In this document: positions 9,440 to 20,557 of the stretch, piece after piece
Layout of the letters: every line of letters starts with the position of its first letter
Position numbering within the stretch: the stretch's first letter is position 1
DNA from: Candidatus Eiseniibacteriota bacterium
GTDB lineage: Bacteria > Eisenbacteria > RBG-16-71-46
NCBI GenBank assembly: GCA_963717505.1
Contig: OY970342.1
Span: 3,136,001-3,200,000 of the forward strand
DNA: 64,000 bases
Direction of reading: 5' to 3'
Made by a program: the position numbers and the translations under genes
Notes under the pieces: model-generated
The model's database searches: none
Told to the model about the DNA's origin: nothing
The model's input: only the letters and a program-made list of their open reading frames with translations

Positions 9440-10488
9440 GGGTGCTCGTTCACGGGGACTCGCTCGCGGGAGCACCGCGCATGCGTGCGGCGGCGCATGG
9501 GCTCGCGCAGCGAGGCCACCGCACGTGGTGGCTCGGTCCCGGAGCCGATCAGGCACCCGAAGTCGAACCGGTTCGCGATCTGGCCACGGTGGTGCGCGCG
9601 CATCAACCGGTTGACCTGGTGATCGGAGACGTGTCCCAGCCGTGGCCGACCGCGTGGACCGCCTGGCGGCTGGGGGCCCGGTTGCGCGTGCTGAGCCTGG
9701 AGGGTGCACCCGCGGCGCGCTTTTCGTGGTGGCTGCGATGGGGGCTCGAGAGCGTGAAGACCACGACGATCGGGCCGGCGGGATCCCCGGGATTCGAATG
9801 GCCCGGAGCGCGGCCGCCGGACGCCGCATGGTCGACGGAGCCCGTGCCGAACCCGCCGGATGCTGCGCATCCCGATACCGAGGCGCTCGAGCGCGCCGGT
9901 GAGCGCGGGCTGGCGCTCGACGTCGGCGGTCCGCGCGCCGCCGCGTTTCTCGACCGCGACGGGACGCTGGTCCTCGAGAAGCACCACCTGTCGGATCCGC
10001 GCGAGCTGGAGCTGGTCCCAGGCGCCGTGCCCGGCTTGGCGCTGCTGCACGCGGCCGGGTATGCGCTGATCGTGGTCTCGAATCAATCCGGGGTCGGGCG
10101 TGGCTACTTCACGCTCGCTCGCGCCCACGAGGTCATGGCCCGGCTCAGGCGCGCGCTACGCGTGCACGGGGTGGAGCTCGATGCGGTGTATCTCTGTCCG
10201 CATGCCCCCGACGCCGGGTGCGCCTGCCGCAAGCCGGGCCGGGCGCTCTTCGATGCGGCCGCACGCAACATGAACCTCGTGCTTCGTCGATCGGCGATGT
10301 TCGGCGACAAGCTGATCGACGTCGAGGCCGGTCACGCCGCCGGCGGGTTCGGCGTCCTGGTGCGCACCGGGTACGGCGGAGCCGAGGAAGCGCGTGCCGG
10401 CGAGCTCGCACGGCCGCCGGACCGAATCGCGAACGATCTCGAGAGCGCGGCGGCCTGGTTCGTCGAGCGGGGCGCGGCCCGCGAATAG
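9436..10488 (+). CDS. gmhB: D,D-heptose-1,7-bisphosphate phosphatase (HAD) with an extra N-terminal domain
   Basis: FLDRDGTL, VSNQSGVGRG, CPH...CACRKP and GDKLIDVEAG in the C-terminal half; ~165 aa unexplained N-terminus. Confidence 0.85.
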   Translation: MRVLVHGDSLAGAPRMRAAAHGLAQRGHRTWWLGPGADQAPEVEPVRDLATVVRAHQPVDLVIGDVSQPWPTAWTAWRLGARLRVLSLEGAPAARFSWWLRWGLESVKTTTIGPAGSPGFEWPGARPPDAAWSTEPVPNPPDAAHPDTEALERAGERGLALDVGGPRAAAFLDRDGTLVLEKHHLSDPRELELVPGAVPGLALLHAAGYALIVVSNQSGVGRGYFTLARAHEVMARLRRALRVHGVELDAVYLCPHAPDAGCACRKPGRALFDAAARNMNLVLRRSAMFGDKLIDVEAGHAAGGFGVLVRTGYGGAEEARAGELARPPDRIANDLESAAAWFVERGAARE

Positions 10489-10498
10489 CGGCGGGGCT

Positions 10499-11596
10499 CT
10501 AGTGGTGTCGCTCGAGTCGAACTTCGTACTCGCTGGAGCCGCCCGGGAAGTCGTAGTAGATGTCGTGTCCGGGGACCCGGAGCCACTCCGGTCGCACCCA
10601 GCGGTCGGCGGCCAGGTCCTCGATCCGGGCCGGATAGGTCCCGTGCTCGAGACGGTAGAGATCGAGCGCGTAGCGCAGGTCTCTCAGCTGTGCGGCGACG
10701 AACACGTCGTCGGCCGAGATCGCGGTTGCGCGCCGGAGCCCGAAGCCGATCAGGGCCAGGATCATGATGCCCAGGGCCATGACTCCGGTCACGGCCATCT
10801 CGCTGGCGAACGACCGCTGAACCGGCCGACGCACGGGAACCACGGTCGGGGCGACCCGGACCTCGGCCTGCTCCGGCTCCGGGCCGACATCGCGTCGCCC
10901 GACGACCTCGACCCATTCCATCCTCATGAGGCGATCGATGGCTTCCAGCGTCTCGTAACGCGTGAGCGGAACCTGGGCGACGATCTCGTCGAGGGTCGTG
11001 CGCCCGTCGATCAGGCCGAACAGGTCGCGCTCTTCGTCGGTGAGTGGCTCGGTCGGGTCGGGGAGATCGCGAACGCCCAGGAGCAGCTGCGAGTCGTTGA
11101 GCTGTTCGCCGAAACGCTGCTGCTCGTCGATCCGGCGCGCCGCCTCGATCAGGGCGCCCTCGACTGCGATTTGGACCCGCGCCGGCTGCTCCCAGATCCG
11201 GCGCGATTCGAAGCGATAGGTGCCATCGGTCCACGGCACCGCGAGCGTCACGCGATCGAGGATCTGGCGGTGCAGCAGGTTCTCGAAGTCCTCGGCGTCG
11301 ACGTAGCGTCCGTTGACCAGGATGTCCTCGAGGTCGCGACCGGTCTCCTGCTGCAGCGTCTCGATGCCGCGTCGCTGGTCGGCGGACAGCCGCTGGACCT
11401 TGATCAGGAACTCGAGCAGCGGGTCGCCCGGAGCGAGGCCCGGATCGCGGGTCGAGACGATGCGGCCATCGATCACGTAGATGAGCACGCGCTGCTGGCC
11501 GCGCTCGAGGATCAGGCAGCCGCTCTTCTGCTGCGTGCCGAGCAGCTGGAGGATCTCGCTGGTCGAGAAGTCCGACAGGCTGCCTTGGAGTGCCAT
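10499..11596 (-). CDS. DUF4388 (PatA-N-like) membrane protein with a C-terminal GspG/pseudopilin-like domain
   Basis: MALQGSLSDFSTSEILQLL...KSGCL, W.DGTYRFE, ALIEAARRIDE; one TM helix; LRYALDLYRLEHGTYPARIEDL. Confidence 0.75.
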   Translation of the reverse strand: MALQGSLSDFSTSEILQLLGTQQKSGCLILERGQQRVLIYVIDGRIVSTRDPGLAPGDPLLEFLIKVQRLSADQRRGIETLQQETGRDLEDILVNGRYVDAEDFENLLHRQILDRVTLAVPWTDGTYRFESRRIWEQPARVQIAVEGALIEAARRIDEQQRFGEQLNDSQLLLGVRDLPDPTEPLTDEERDLFGLIDGRTTLDEIVAQVPLTRYETLEAIDRLMRMEWVEVVGRRDVGPEPEQAEVRVAPTVVPVRRPVQRSFASEMAVTGVMALGIMILALIGFGLRRATAISADDVFVAAQLRDLRYALDLYRLEHGTYPARIEDLAADRWVRPEWLRVPGHDIYYDFPGGSSEYEVRLERHH

Positions 11597-11604
11597 GGAG
11601 CCTC

Positions 11605-13653
11605 TCATGCGGCCTGCCCGACCGAACGCGATGGCCGCGAGCGACGCACCGCCTCCAGGCTTCGCTCGATTTCAGCCCGTTCCCGCCGGGCTTCGCCGAA
11701 GTATCCGAGAATCGACAACGCATAGACCCCGGCCCACGGCAACACGAGCAGCATGAGGCCGGCGCTGCCATGCGGGTACTGGATCCGGGGCTCGTACGAG
11801 AACGGCATGGCGACTCCGGCGGCGAACGTGGCCAGTGCCGCGGTCGCGATCCACAGGCCGAGTGCCCGGAACGTCCGGCGATGGAGGATCAGGCCCAGGC
11901 CGGGGACGGTGGCGGCGAGGGCCGCGCGCCAAACGCGGCGGCGCCGCTGCAGATCGCGCTGCCGGTCGAGCAGCAGGACCTGGATGAACTCGGACGAACC
12001 GGACCGCGATGCCGCCTCGAAGCACTCGCGGCACAGCGGAATCTCGCGGCGGCGCCGCGCGCAGCGGCGGCAGATGACGCGCTGGCAATTGCCGCACAGC
12101 CTCACCGGCATCTTGCGATGGGCCACGAATCCGACCGCGAAGCCGGAGATCGCCGTGACCACGGCCAGGATGCTGAACGGCCACCCGGAGCACTCGATGC
12201 GCGTGCGCCACGCGGGCGGGATCGCGAGCAGTGCGCCCTGCGGGGCCCGATAGCCTTCGAGTGCGGCGCGCAGGCGCATCGGCGCCAGCCAGACGTCGGC
12301 CGGCATCATCGCCTGGCGCGAGCGAAGTGCCCCCGGGTTCATGAGCTCGAAGTCGAGGGCGGTGGCCCGAGCCATCGCTTCCTCGGCCGCCGCGAATTCA
12401 TATCGGTCGGTCAACAGCCGGGCGCGGTTGTAGTGGGGGGCGCCGCTCATCGGATTCGATTGCGAGGCACGAGTCAGCGCATCGAGTGCCTCGTCCGATC
12501 GTCCGAGCAGGCCGAGGACGTTCCCCAGGTTGTTGAGCACGCGATCATCATCGGGCCATGCGGCGAGGGCCTGACGATAGGCCGCTTCGGCACCTTCGAG
12601 ATCGCCGCCCCGCCTCAGCACCCAACCCTGGGCGAAGTGGACGAAGCCGTTGTCGGGGTTGGAGTCGGCCGCCTGGGTGAGGCGAGCCGCAAGCTGCGGC
12701 GAATAGGGTTCGTTCTGCACTCGCAGCACGCCGAACAATGGCTCTCGATCTTCGCGCAGCGGGCTGCCGAGCCGATCGAATTCGCGGATGCACCAGGGCA
12801 TGGCGCCCAGCGATACCGCGAGCAGGATGAACACCGTTCGCTCGCCCCAGCGCAACAGCGGCCACAGCAATCCGAGGAACGCGATCGCCGGCAGGGCGGG
12901 TCCGAGCCCGAGTGCGAAGGGAACGCAGAACACCACCCAGGACCAGAAGATGGCACTGCGCCGGGAGACGCGCTCCGCGAGCATCTCCTGCCAGCGATGG
13001 CGAAGCTCCTGGCCGCGGACCAATGCGATCAGCAGCGCGGTCGCGATCAAACCGAGCAGGACCGCCTGCAGGAACGCGAACAGGCTGTTGGCTTTGAGCG
13101 CGAGCTGAACCGAGAAACTCTGACGCGCGATGTCGACCATCGAGCCAAAATGGGCGATGGCTGGGCCCGGTTCGCGCAGGAGCATCCACATGCCGAGCGT
13201 CATACGCGGATCGATGAACGTCGGGTCGAGCGCGGCGGCGCCGCGTACCAGACGCAACGCTTCGTCGTGCGAGCCCGCCTGTTGGGCCATGATCCCGCGG
13301 CGATAGAAGATGCGCGCCGCGTCGGGGAGCGCCGGGAGCTGCATGCGCTGTTTGTAGTCCAGCCATTCGTCGAGATCGTGGAGTTGCGGGGGCGGGGTCG
13401 GATCGGGAGGAATCCACGCGACCAGAGACTCGGCGGGCGCCGGCATGGCCTCGGTGGGGGTCTCGACCTCGGTGGGTGCACCGTCTGGTGTTACGAATGA
13501 GATTCCGGTGTCGGGTGGGGCGGATTCGGCGCGTGCGTGCGAGATGCCCACCAGGCAGACGAACGCCGCGGAAAGCCCCAAAACGGCGGATCGGGACGCG
13601 AATGCGGCCGAGCTCCGCGCGCGGGTGCGCCTGGTTTTCCGGAATGGGTACAC
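11605..13653 (-). CDS. multi-pass membrane protein with TPR repeats and a Cys-rich (CxxC) segment
   Basis: TPR-like [22 protein letters not shown]; hydrophobic segments; [12 protein letters not shown]...CREC. Confidence 0.7.
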   Translation of the reverse strand: MYPFRKTRRTRARSSAAFASRSAVLGLSAAFVCLVGISHARAESAPPDTGISFVTPDGAPTEVETPTEAMPAPAESLVAWIPPDPTPPPQLHDLDEWLDYKQRMQLPALPDAARIFYRRGIMAQQAGSHDEALRLVRGAAALDPTFIDPRMTLGMWMLLREPGPAIAHFGSMVDIARQSFSVQLALKANSLFAFLQAVLLGLIATALLIALVRGQELRHRWQEMLAERVSRRSAIFWSWVVFCVPFALGLGPALPAIAFLGLLWPLLRWGERTVFILLAVSLGAMPWCIREFDRLGSPLREDREPLFGVLRVQNEPYSPQLAARLTQAADSNPDNGFVHFAQGWVLRRGGDLEGAEAAYRQALAAWPDDDRVLNNLGNVLGLLGRSDEALDALTRASQSNPMSGAPHYNRARLLTDRYEFAAAEEAMARATALDFELMNPGALRSRQAMMPADVWLAPMRLRAALEGYRAPQGALLAIPPAWRTRIECSGWPFSILAVVTAISGFAVGFVAHRKMPVRLCGNCQRVICRRCARRRREIPLCRECFEAASRSGSSEFIQVLLLDRQRDLQRRRRVWRAALAATVPGLGLILHRRTFRALGLWIATAALATFAAGVAMPFSYEPRIQYPHGSAGLMLLVLPWAGVYALSILGYFGEARRERAEIERSLEAVRRSRPSRSVGQAA

Positions 13654-13668
13654 GAGAAGTGCAACCCC

Positions 13669-13698
13669 TTGACAGTGCGTGCGCTACGCTTCTAGGGT
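13669..13698 (+). promoter_or_regulatory. sigma70-type promoter for asnS
   Basis: TTGACA-N18-TAGGGT in the divergent intergenic region. Confidence 0.6.
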
Positions 13699-13790
13699 GC
13701 GGTGTTTCCCATTCCGTTATCGGCTCGCGGACGCAGCGCCTGAGCAGCGTTTTCCGGCCGATCTTGCGGCCTCGGAGGGCCTTCTCGAGC

Positions 13791-15104
<1,314 letters not shown>

Positions 15105-15148
15105 ACGCCGCGCGATTCGGCGATGCCGACTGGGAACCTTGCAAGCGC

Positions 15149-15256
15149 TTGACAGCACCGGAGCCGGTCCCTACCGTCGTCGGACTTCTGTGGCCAGCGA
15201 ACCGGACCGGAGCGGGAGCGGGGTGATTGACAGCACGCGATCGGGGTTTCTAGACT
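15149..15256 (+). promoter_or_regulatory. tandem sigma70-like promoters upstream of the PstS-like/TonB operon
   Basis: TTGACA-N17-TACCGT at 15149-15177 and TTGACA-N18-TAGACT at 15227-15256; both begin TTGACAGCAC. Confidence 0.55.
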
Positions 15257-16218
15257 CGACTCGCTTCGTTTTCCGGGAAGCCATTGGGCATCTTGGCGTT
15301 GGGGCATGTGGCGTTGCCGCGCTCTGCCTCGTCGGCTGTGCTCCCGAGCCGACCCCGCGTCCCGTGGAAGACTCGATCACCAGCGGGCGTATTCGTGTCG
15401 TGTCCGCAGCAGAGGCGTTCGACGTCGTGCAACGGGTGGCGGAGGACTTCATGAGCCGTTATCCCGAGGCCATGATTTCCGTGGATCGCAGGACCTCCAG
15501 ACAGGCAGTTCAGGCACTGTTCGCAGCGGAATGCGATCTGGCGATCCTGAGCCGCGAGTTGGACCCGGACGAACGGCGCGCGGCGACGGAGGGTGGGCTG
15601 GAAGTGGAAGGGTACCGATTCGCCCGGGGCGGGCTGGTGTTTCTGGTTCACGAAACCAACCCGGTTCAGAATCTGGCTCTCGAAGATGTGCGGCGCATCT
15701 ACCGTGGTGAATGGCGGGACTGGCAGGAGACCGGGGGGGGCCGGGGCCGAATCGTACCGGTGATCCAGGAGTTGAATTCCGACGTGACCGAGGCCTTTCT
15801 CGAGCGGGTGATGATGGGCGAGCCGATTCGCGCGGCGGTGCGGACCGTGCCGTCGGACTCGGCGGCGGTGGCGGCCGTGCAGGCGGATGCCGGCGCGATC
15901 GCATTCGTGGGTCTTGCTGCACCGCGAGGCACCACTCGGGCGCTCCGCCTGGCGAACCTGCGAGGACTGCCCTACGTGTTGCCCGATCCCGAAGCGATCC
16001 ACGGCGACCAGTACCCGCTGAGCCTCGCGTTCTACGCCTACACTCGGGCCGAAGGCGCTCGGCTGGCGAATGGCTTCATCACGCACCTGACCAGCATGGA
16101 GGGGCAGCGCCTGGTTCGGGACCTGGCGCTGGTGCCGGCCAATGTTCCGGTGCGTTTCGTGCGTCGCTCCCCCATGCTGAGCACTCATTCGAGAGGAGAC
16201 TCGACAAACACGCCATGA
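15223..16218 (+). CDS. PstS/PBP-like substrate-binding lipoprotein (start uncertain, GTG 15190 or 15223)
   Basis: lipobox LVGC; CDLAILSREL, LVFLVHETNPVQNL..EDVRRIYRGEWRDW, GAIAFVG, YPL. Confidence 0.8.
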   Translation: MIDSTRSGFLDSTRFVFREAIGHLGVGACGVAALCLVGCAPEPTPRPVEDSITSGRIRVVSAAEAFDVVQRVAEDFMSRYPEAMISVDRRTSRQAVQALFAAECDLAILSRELDPDERRAATEGGLEVEGYRFARGGLVFLVHETNPVQNLALEDVRRIYRGEWRDWQETGGGRGRIVPVIQELNSDVTEAFLERVMMGEPIRAAVRTVPSDSAAVAAVQADAGAIAFVGLAAPRGTTRALRLANLRGLPYVLPDPEAIHGDQYPLSLAFYAYTRAEGARLANGFITHLTSMEGQRLVRDLALVPANVPVRFVRRSPMLSTHSRGDSTNTP

Positions 16219-17993
16219 AGAACCTGAACGGCATTCGACGAATCTCGCGCCTCGGCGCGGTCGCATGCGTGCTGGCCGTGGCCGTGACGCCCGTCGCCTG
16301 GGCGGACGACATCAAGGACGGCAACCGCGCCCTGCAGGAGGGGCGGCTGGACGATGCGTTGCAGCTATTCGAGAAGGCCGCGAATCAGGGGCTGGCCGAA
16401 GGGCGTTCCGGAGTGGGCAAGGTCTGGCTGCGGAGGCGCCAGTATCCCAAGGCGATCGAATCCTTCAAGCTGACCCAGAAGATGGATCCCAATCTGGCGT
16501 GGGGATACTACGGGGAAGGCGAGGCGCTCAAGCGCCTGGAGCGCTGCCCGGATGCGTTGCCGCTGCTCCAGCGCGCCACCGACATCGACCGCAAGTTCCC
16601 CGAGGCGCAGCTGGCGCTGGGCGAGTGCCTGGTGTCCGCCGGAAAGCACACCCAGGCGGTCGAGGCGCTGAACAAAGGCCTCAACTGGGGCCCGAAATGG
16701 CGGCCGCGATTCCTGGTCGCCCTGGGCGATGCCGAACTGGCGCGCGACTCGCTGCGCGACGCCGGCATCTGGTACACGAAGGCGCGCGAGGAAGCGCCCG
16801 AGGATCCGGCACCCCGGCGCGCGCTCGGCGACTTCTACATGGCGCGCGGCACCTTTGTTTTGGCGGTGCCCGAATACCAGGCGGCGATCGAGAAGGACAG
16901 CACCGACATCGACCTCCGATTCCGGCTCGGCCGGGCGCTGTTCTACGCCGAGCGCTACAACGAAGCGCTCGCCGCCTACCAGGATGTCGTGGCCCGGGAC
17001 CCCGAGTTCGCTCCCGGTCAGCTGGCGCTCGGCGACCTCTATTTCCGCTCCGCACAGGCCGACCCGCGCCGCTATGCGGACGCTCGGCCCTACCTCGAGA
17101 AGTACGTCCAGATGCGGCCGGACGATGGCAAAGGGTGGAGTCTGCTGGGTCGCGTCCTCTACCACCTCAAGGAGACCGACAAGGCGCTGGAAGCCATGAA
17201 TCGGGGCGAGGCGCTCGGTGACAAGTCAAAGGACATGTACCGGTCGCGGTTCCGTGTCTACGTGGACAAGAAGGAGTACGACAAGGCGATCGCGGACTAC
17301 GAGCGGGCCGACCCGGAGCCGGACGACCAGCTGCGCATGGCCCAGGTGCTGGTCATCCAGAAGCAGCCGGCCCGTGCGGAGTCGCTGTACCGGTCGATGA
17401 TCGCGACCGATTCGACCTCGCGCCACGCGAAATTCGCCCTCAACGAGCTGGGCAAGATGAGGTTTCGCGAGAAGGACTACGAAGGGGCGATCGCCTACTT
17501 CCAGCGACGAATCGCGCTTGACCCCCAGAACGACGAGGCTTACTACTATATAGGCTTGTCACACAAAGAGATGAAGCGATACCCGGAGGCATTGACCGCC
17601 CTGCGTCAGGCATCGAGCCTGGCGCCGGACAAGGTGGACCGGCGCTTCTGGCTCGGAATCATGTACGCGCAGGTGGACTCGATTCCGCAGGCGCGGCGGG
17701 AGTTCATCCAGGTCACGCAACAGGATTCGCTCGGGAGCAACAAGACCACCGGCGTCGCGTTCCGGCAACTGGGGTTCTACCTCTTGCTCGACAAGGAATA
17801 CGCGGAGGCGGTGCGAATGCTGGATCGGGCGGTCACCATCGATCCCAAGGACGTGCAGGCGTGGGTCTGGCACGGCCAGGGCTGGCAGAATTCGGGGAAC
17901 CGTGCCAAGGCCTGTGAGTCGTACAAACGCGCGCTCGAACTGGATCCGGCCCAGCCGGACGCATTGAACGGCAAGAAGGTGCTCGGCTGTTAG
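16215..17993 (+). CDS. exported TPR-repeat protein
   Basis: signal peptide ending AWA-DD, followed by many TPR units. Confidence 0.85.
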   Translation: MKNLNGIRRISRLGAVACVLAVAVTPVAWADDIKDGNRALQEGRLDDALQLFEKAANQGLAEGRSGVGKVWLRRRQYPKAIESFKLTQKMDPNLAWGYYGEGEALKRLERCPDALPLLQRATDIDRKFPEAQLALGECLVSAGKHTQAVEALNKGLNWGPKWRPRFLVALGDAELARDSLRDAGIWYTKAREEAPEDPAPRRALGDFYMARGTFVLAVPEYQAAIEKDSTDIDLRFRLGRALFYAERYNEALAAYQDVVARDPEFAPGQLALGDLYFRSAQADPRRYADARPYLEKYVQMRPDDGKGWSLLGRVLYHLKETDKALEAMNRGEALGDKSKDMYRSRFRVYVDKKEYDKAIADYERADPEPDDQLRMAQVLVIQKQPARAESLYRSMIATDSTSRHAKFALNELGKMRFREKDYEGAIAYFQRRIALDPQNDEAYYYIGLSHKEMKRYPEALTALRQASSLAPDKVDRRFWLGIMYAQVDSIPQARREFIQVTQQDSLGSNKTTGVAFRQLGFYLLLDKEYAEAVRMLDRAVTIDPKDVQAWVWHGQGWQNSGNRAKACESYKRALELDPAQPDALNGKKVLGC

Positions 17994-18015
17994 CCGGGGG
18001 GAAGAGGACGCCACT

Positions 18016-18363
18016 ATGAAGCAACGCCAGGTGGGCAACATCGCCGTGCTGACCCCCAAGGGGTATCTGGCCGGCGGCGACGAGACCGACGAACTCGAAC
18101 AGGCGATCAAGGCGCTCGGCGAGGGCGGCAACCGGAATCTCGTGATCAACCTGAGCGAAACGCAGCACCTGAACTCGACCGCGCTCGGCGTGCTCATCTC
18201 GGCGCACTCGAACTACGTCAAGCGCGGCGGACAGGTGAAATTGTGCAACGTCGACAAGCGGATCGAGAACATCTTCGTGATCACCAAGCTGTCGATGGTG
18301 TTCGACGTCTATCCGACGGAAGAGCAGGCGATGGCCAGTTTCGCCGAGCGCGAGTCGGTCTGA
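18016..18363 (+). CDS. STAS-domain anti-sigma factor antagonist
   Basis: LVINLSETQHLNSTALGVL, GGQVKLCN, FVITKL..VFDVYPTEEQA. Confidence 0.9.
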   Translation: MKQRQVGNIAVLTPKGYLAGGDETDELEQAIKALGEGGNRNLVINLSETQHLNSTALGVLISAHSNYVKRGGQVKLCNVDKRIENIFVITKLSMVFDVYPTEEQAMASFAERESV

Positions 18364-18392
18364 CGGTCCCTCAGGAAACGGAGACAGGCGCA

Positions 18393-18734
18393 ATGGCGAT
18401 TCGACGCCGGCAGGTGCAGTCGATCGTGGTGCTGTACCCGAAGGGCAGCTACTTCGGGGGCGACGAAACCGATGAGCTGCAAAAGGCCATCATGGACGAG
18501 GCGACCGGCGGCAACCGGCACCTGGTGCTGAACATGTCGGAGTGCACCGCGCTCAATTCGACCGCGATCGGGGCGATCATGCGCGGGTACACGAACTACA
18601 AGGGCCGATCGGGGGAAATCAAGTTGTGCGGCTTGGGCAAGCGGCTGCACGACCTATTCGTCATGACCAAGTTGATCATGGTGTTCGATCATCACGACAC
18701 GGAGGAGCAGGCGATCGCGGCTTTTGCCGCGTGA
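18393..18734 (+). CDS. STAS-domain anti-sigma factor antagonist (paralog)
   Basis: LVLNMSECTALNSTAIGAI, GEIKLCG, FVMTKL..VFDHHDTEEQA. Confidence 0.9.
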   Translation: MAIRRRQVQSIVVLYPKGSYFGGDETDELQKAIMDEATGGNRHLVLNMSECTALNSTAIGAIMRGYTNYKGRSGEIKLCGLGKRLHDLFVMTKLIMVFDHHDTEEQAIAAFAA

Positions 18735-18790
18735 CCATGACCCCCGGCTCCGCGTGACCCGCGGCCCGGGATCAGGAGGAACTTAGGAAC

Positions 18791-19531
18791 ATGAATCGTT
18801 TCATCGTCCCCATCGGCTTCGTGCTTGCGGCGGTCATCTCGTTCGCCATCTGGTTCAATCTGCCGGCTCTAGGTGATTTCGGCGAGCAGATGTTCCAAGG
18901 CGGACCCCTGGTCGCGGCGCTCATCATGCTGACCATCCTGCAGACGTCGTTCATCTTCGAGCGCCTGTGGAGCCTGCGCAAAGCGCAGGGCCGCGGACCG
19001 CTGCCGCAGTTCCTCAACAACGTCCGTAAGCGCCTCCACGCCGGCGACGTCGAAGGCGCGATCAAGGCGTGTGCGCAGCAGCGCGGTTCCGCGGCCAACG
19101 TGATTCGCGCCGGCCTCGAACGCTACATGTCGCTGCGTGCCGAAGGTGCCCCGAAGGAGAAGATCGTGGCCGAAACCCAGGCCGCGATTCAGGAGGCCAA
19201 CGGCCTGGAAGTGCCGCTGCTCGAGCGCAACCTGATCGCTCTGTCGACCATCGCTTCGATCGCCACCATGGTCGGTCTGCTCGGAACGGTCATCGGGATG
19301 ATCCGTTCGTTCGCCGCCCTGGGCCACACCGGCGCCGTCGACGCGAGCAAGTTGGCGATCGGTATCTCCGAGGCGCTGATCAACACCGCCGGCGGATTGT
19401 TCGTGGCGATCGCCGGCATCGTCGCCTACAACGTGTTCGTGACCCGGGTCGACGGCTTCAACTACATGATGGACGAGGCCTCGTACGAAGCCGTGCAGCT
19501 GCTGGCGGCGTCGGCGTCCGAGCGCGGCTAA
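18791..19531 (+). CDS. exbB: MotA/TolQ/ExbB proton channel protein
   Basis: LSTIASIATMVGLLGTVIGMIRSF, GISEALINTAGGL. Confidence 0.9.
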   Translation: MNRFIVPIGFVLAAVISFAIWFNLPALGDFGEQMFQGGPLVAALIMLTILQTSFIFERLWSLRKAQGRGPLPQFLNNVRKRLHAGDVEGAIKACAQQRGSAANVIRAGLERYMSLRAEGAPKEKIVAETQAAIQEANGLEVPLLERNLIALSTIASIATMVGLLGTVIGMIRSFAALGHTGAVDASKLAIGISEALINTAGGLFVAIAGIVAYNVFVTRVDGFNYMMDEASYEAVQLLAASASERG

Positions 19532-19543
19532 GGGAGCCGGGAA

Positions 19544-20035
19544 ATGCTCAAGAAGAAACGCCGCATCGGGATCGCGATCGACATGACGCCGATGGTCGAT
19601 GTCGCGTTCCTGTTGCTCATCTTCTTCATGTGCACGACGCAGTTCAAGCCACCGGAGAAGGACAAGATCACGCTGCCAGAGTCGAACTCCGAGGCGAAAT
19701 CACCCGAGTCGGACATCATCACGATCGCGGTCACCCCGCGAAAGCCGGAATATGGCAACCAGTCCGGGGTGACGGTGATCTACCGCCGGGGCGGGGAGGA
19801 AGTCCATCAGGCGATCGCCGCCGACCAGGTGCGCGACGTCATGGCCAGCGTGCTGTCCACGGCGCGGGCGTCGAATCCTGCGGCGCGAATCATCGTCAAG
19901 ATGGACAAGGACGCGCCGTATGGGGTGATGGCGGACCTGATGCCGGCCCTGCAGGCGGCCAAGGCATCGCGTTTCAACGTGCAGACGGACCTCGAAGGCA
20001 AAGGCGGCATGTTCGGCGCCAAGCCGGAGCACTGA
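19544..20035 (+). CDS. exbD: ExbD/TolR family protein
   Basis: IDMTPMVDVAFLLLIFFM. Confidence 0.9.
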   Translation: MLKKKRRIGIAIDMTPMVDVAFLLLIFFMCTTQFKPPEKDKITLPESNSEAKSPESDIITIAVTPRKPEYGNQSGVTVIYRRGGEEVHQAIAADQVRDVMASVLSTARASNPAARIIVKMDKDAPYGVMADLMPALQAAKASRFNVQTDLEGKGGMFGAKPEH

Positions 20036-20056
20036 ACAGCGAGGAGGTGAGCAGTC

Positions 20057-20557
20057 ATGGGGATGGTCGACACCCCCGATCGCGGCGGTAAGAAGAAAAA
20101 GGGCAGAGGGTTTTCGCGCCCCAAGCGCAGGGTGGGCGTCCGCATCGACATGACGCCGATGGTCGACGTGGCGTTCCTGCTGCTCATCTTCTTCATGGTA
20201 ACCACGGTGTTTCGCACGCCTCAGGCGCTCGAGATCAACTTGCCGCCGGATGAGGACGTCAAGATCGAGGTCGCAGAGTCCAAGGTGCTGAGTCTGTGGG
20301 TGCTCGGCGCGGATCGCATCTACTGGAAGCGCGGGGGCAAGGACGTGCCCTGGGCGCGCACGGATGCCAAGACGCTGCCCAAGGTTCTGGCGCCCTTCAA
20401 GGGCAACAAGGACCTGGTGGTCGTGATCAAGATCGATCGCGACGCCAGCTTCAACAACATGGTGGACATCATCGACGAACTCGATCTCGCGAGCCTCAAT
20501 CGATTCTCCCTGGCGACCCTGACCCCGGAAGAGCGTGGGGAGGTGGCTTCTCTGTGA
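20057..20557 (+). CDS. exbD: ExbD/TolR family protein (second copy)
   Basis: IDMTPMVDVAFLLLIFFMVTT, MVDIIDEL. Confidence 0.9.
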   Translation: MGMVDTPDRGGKKKKGRGFSRPKRRVGVRIDMTPMVDVAFLLLIFFMVTTVFRTPQALEINLPPDEDVKIEVAESKVLSLWVLGADRIYWKRGGKDVPWARTDAKTLPKVLAPFKGNKDLVVVIKIDRDASFNNMVDIIDELDLASLNRFSLATLTPEERGEVASL

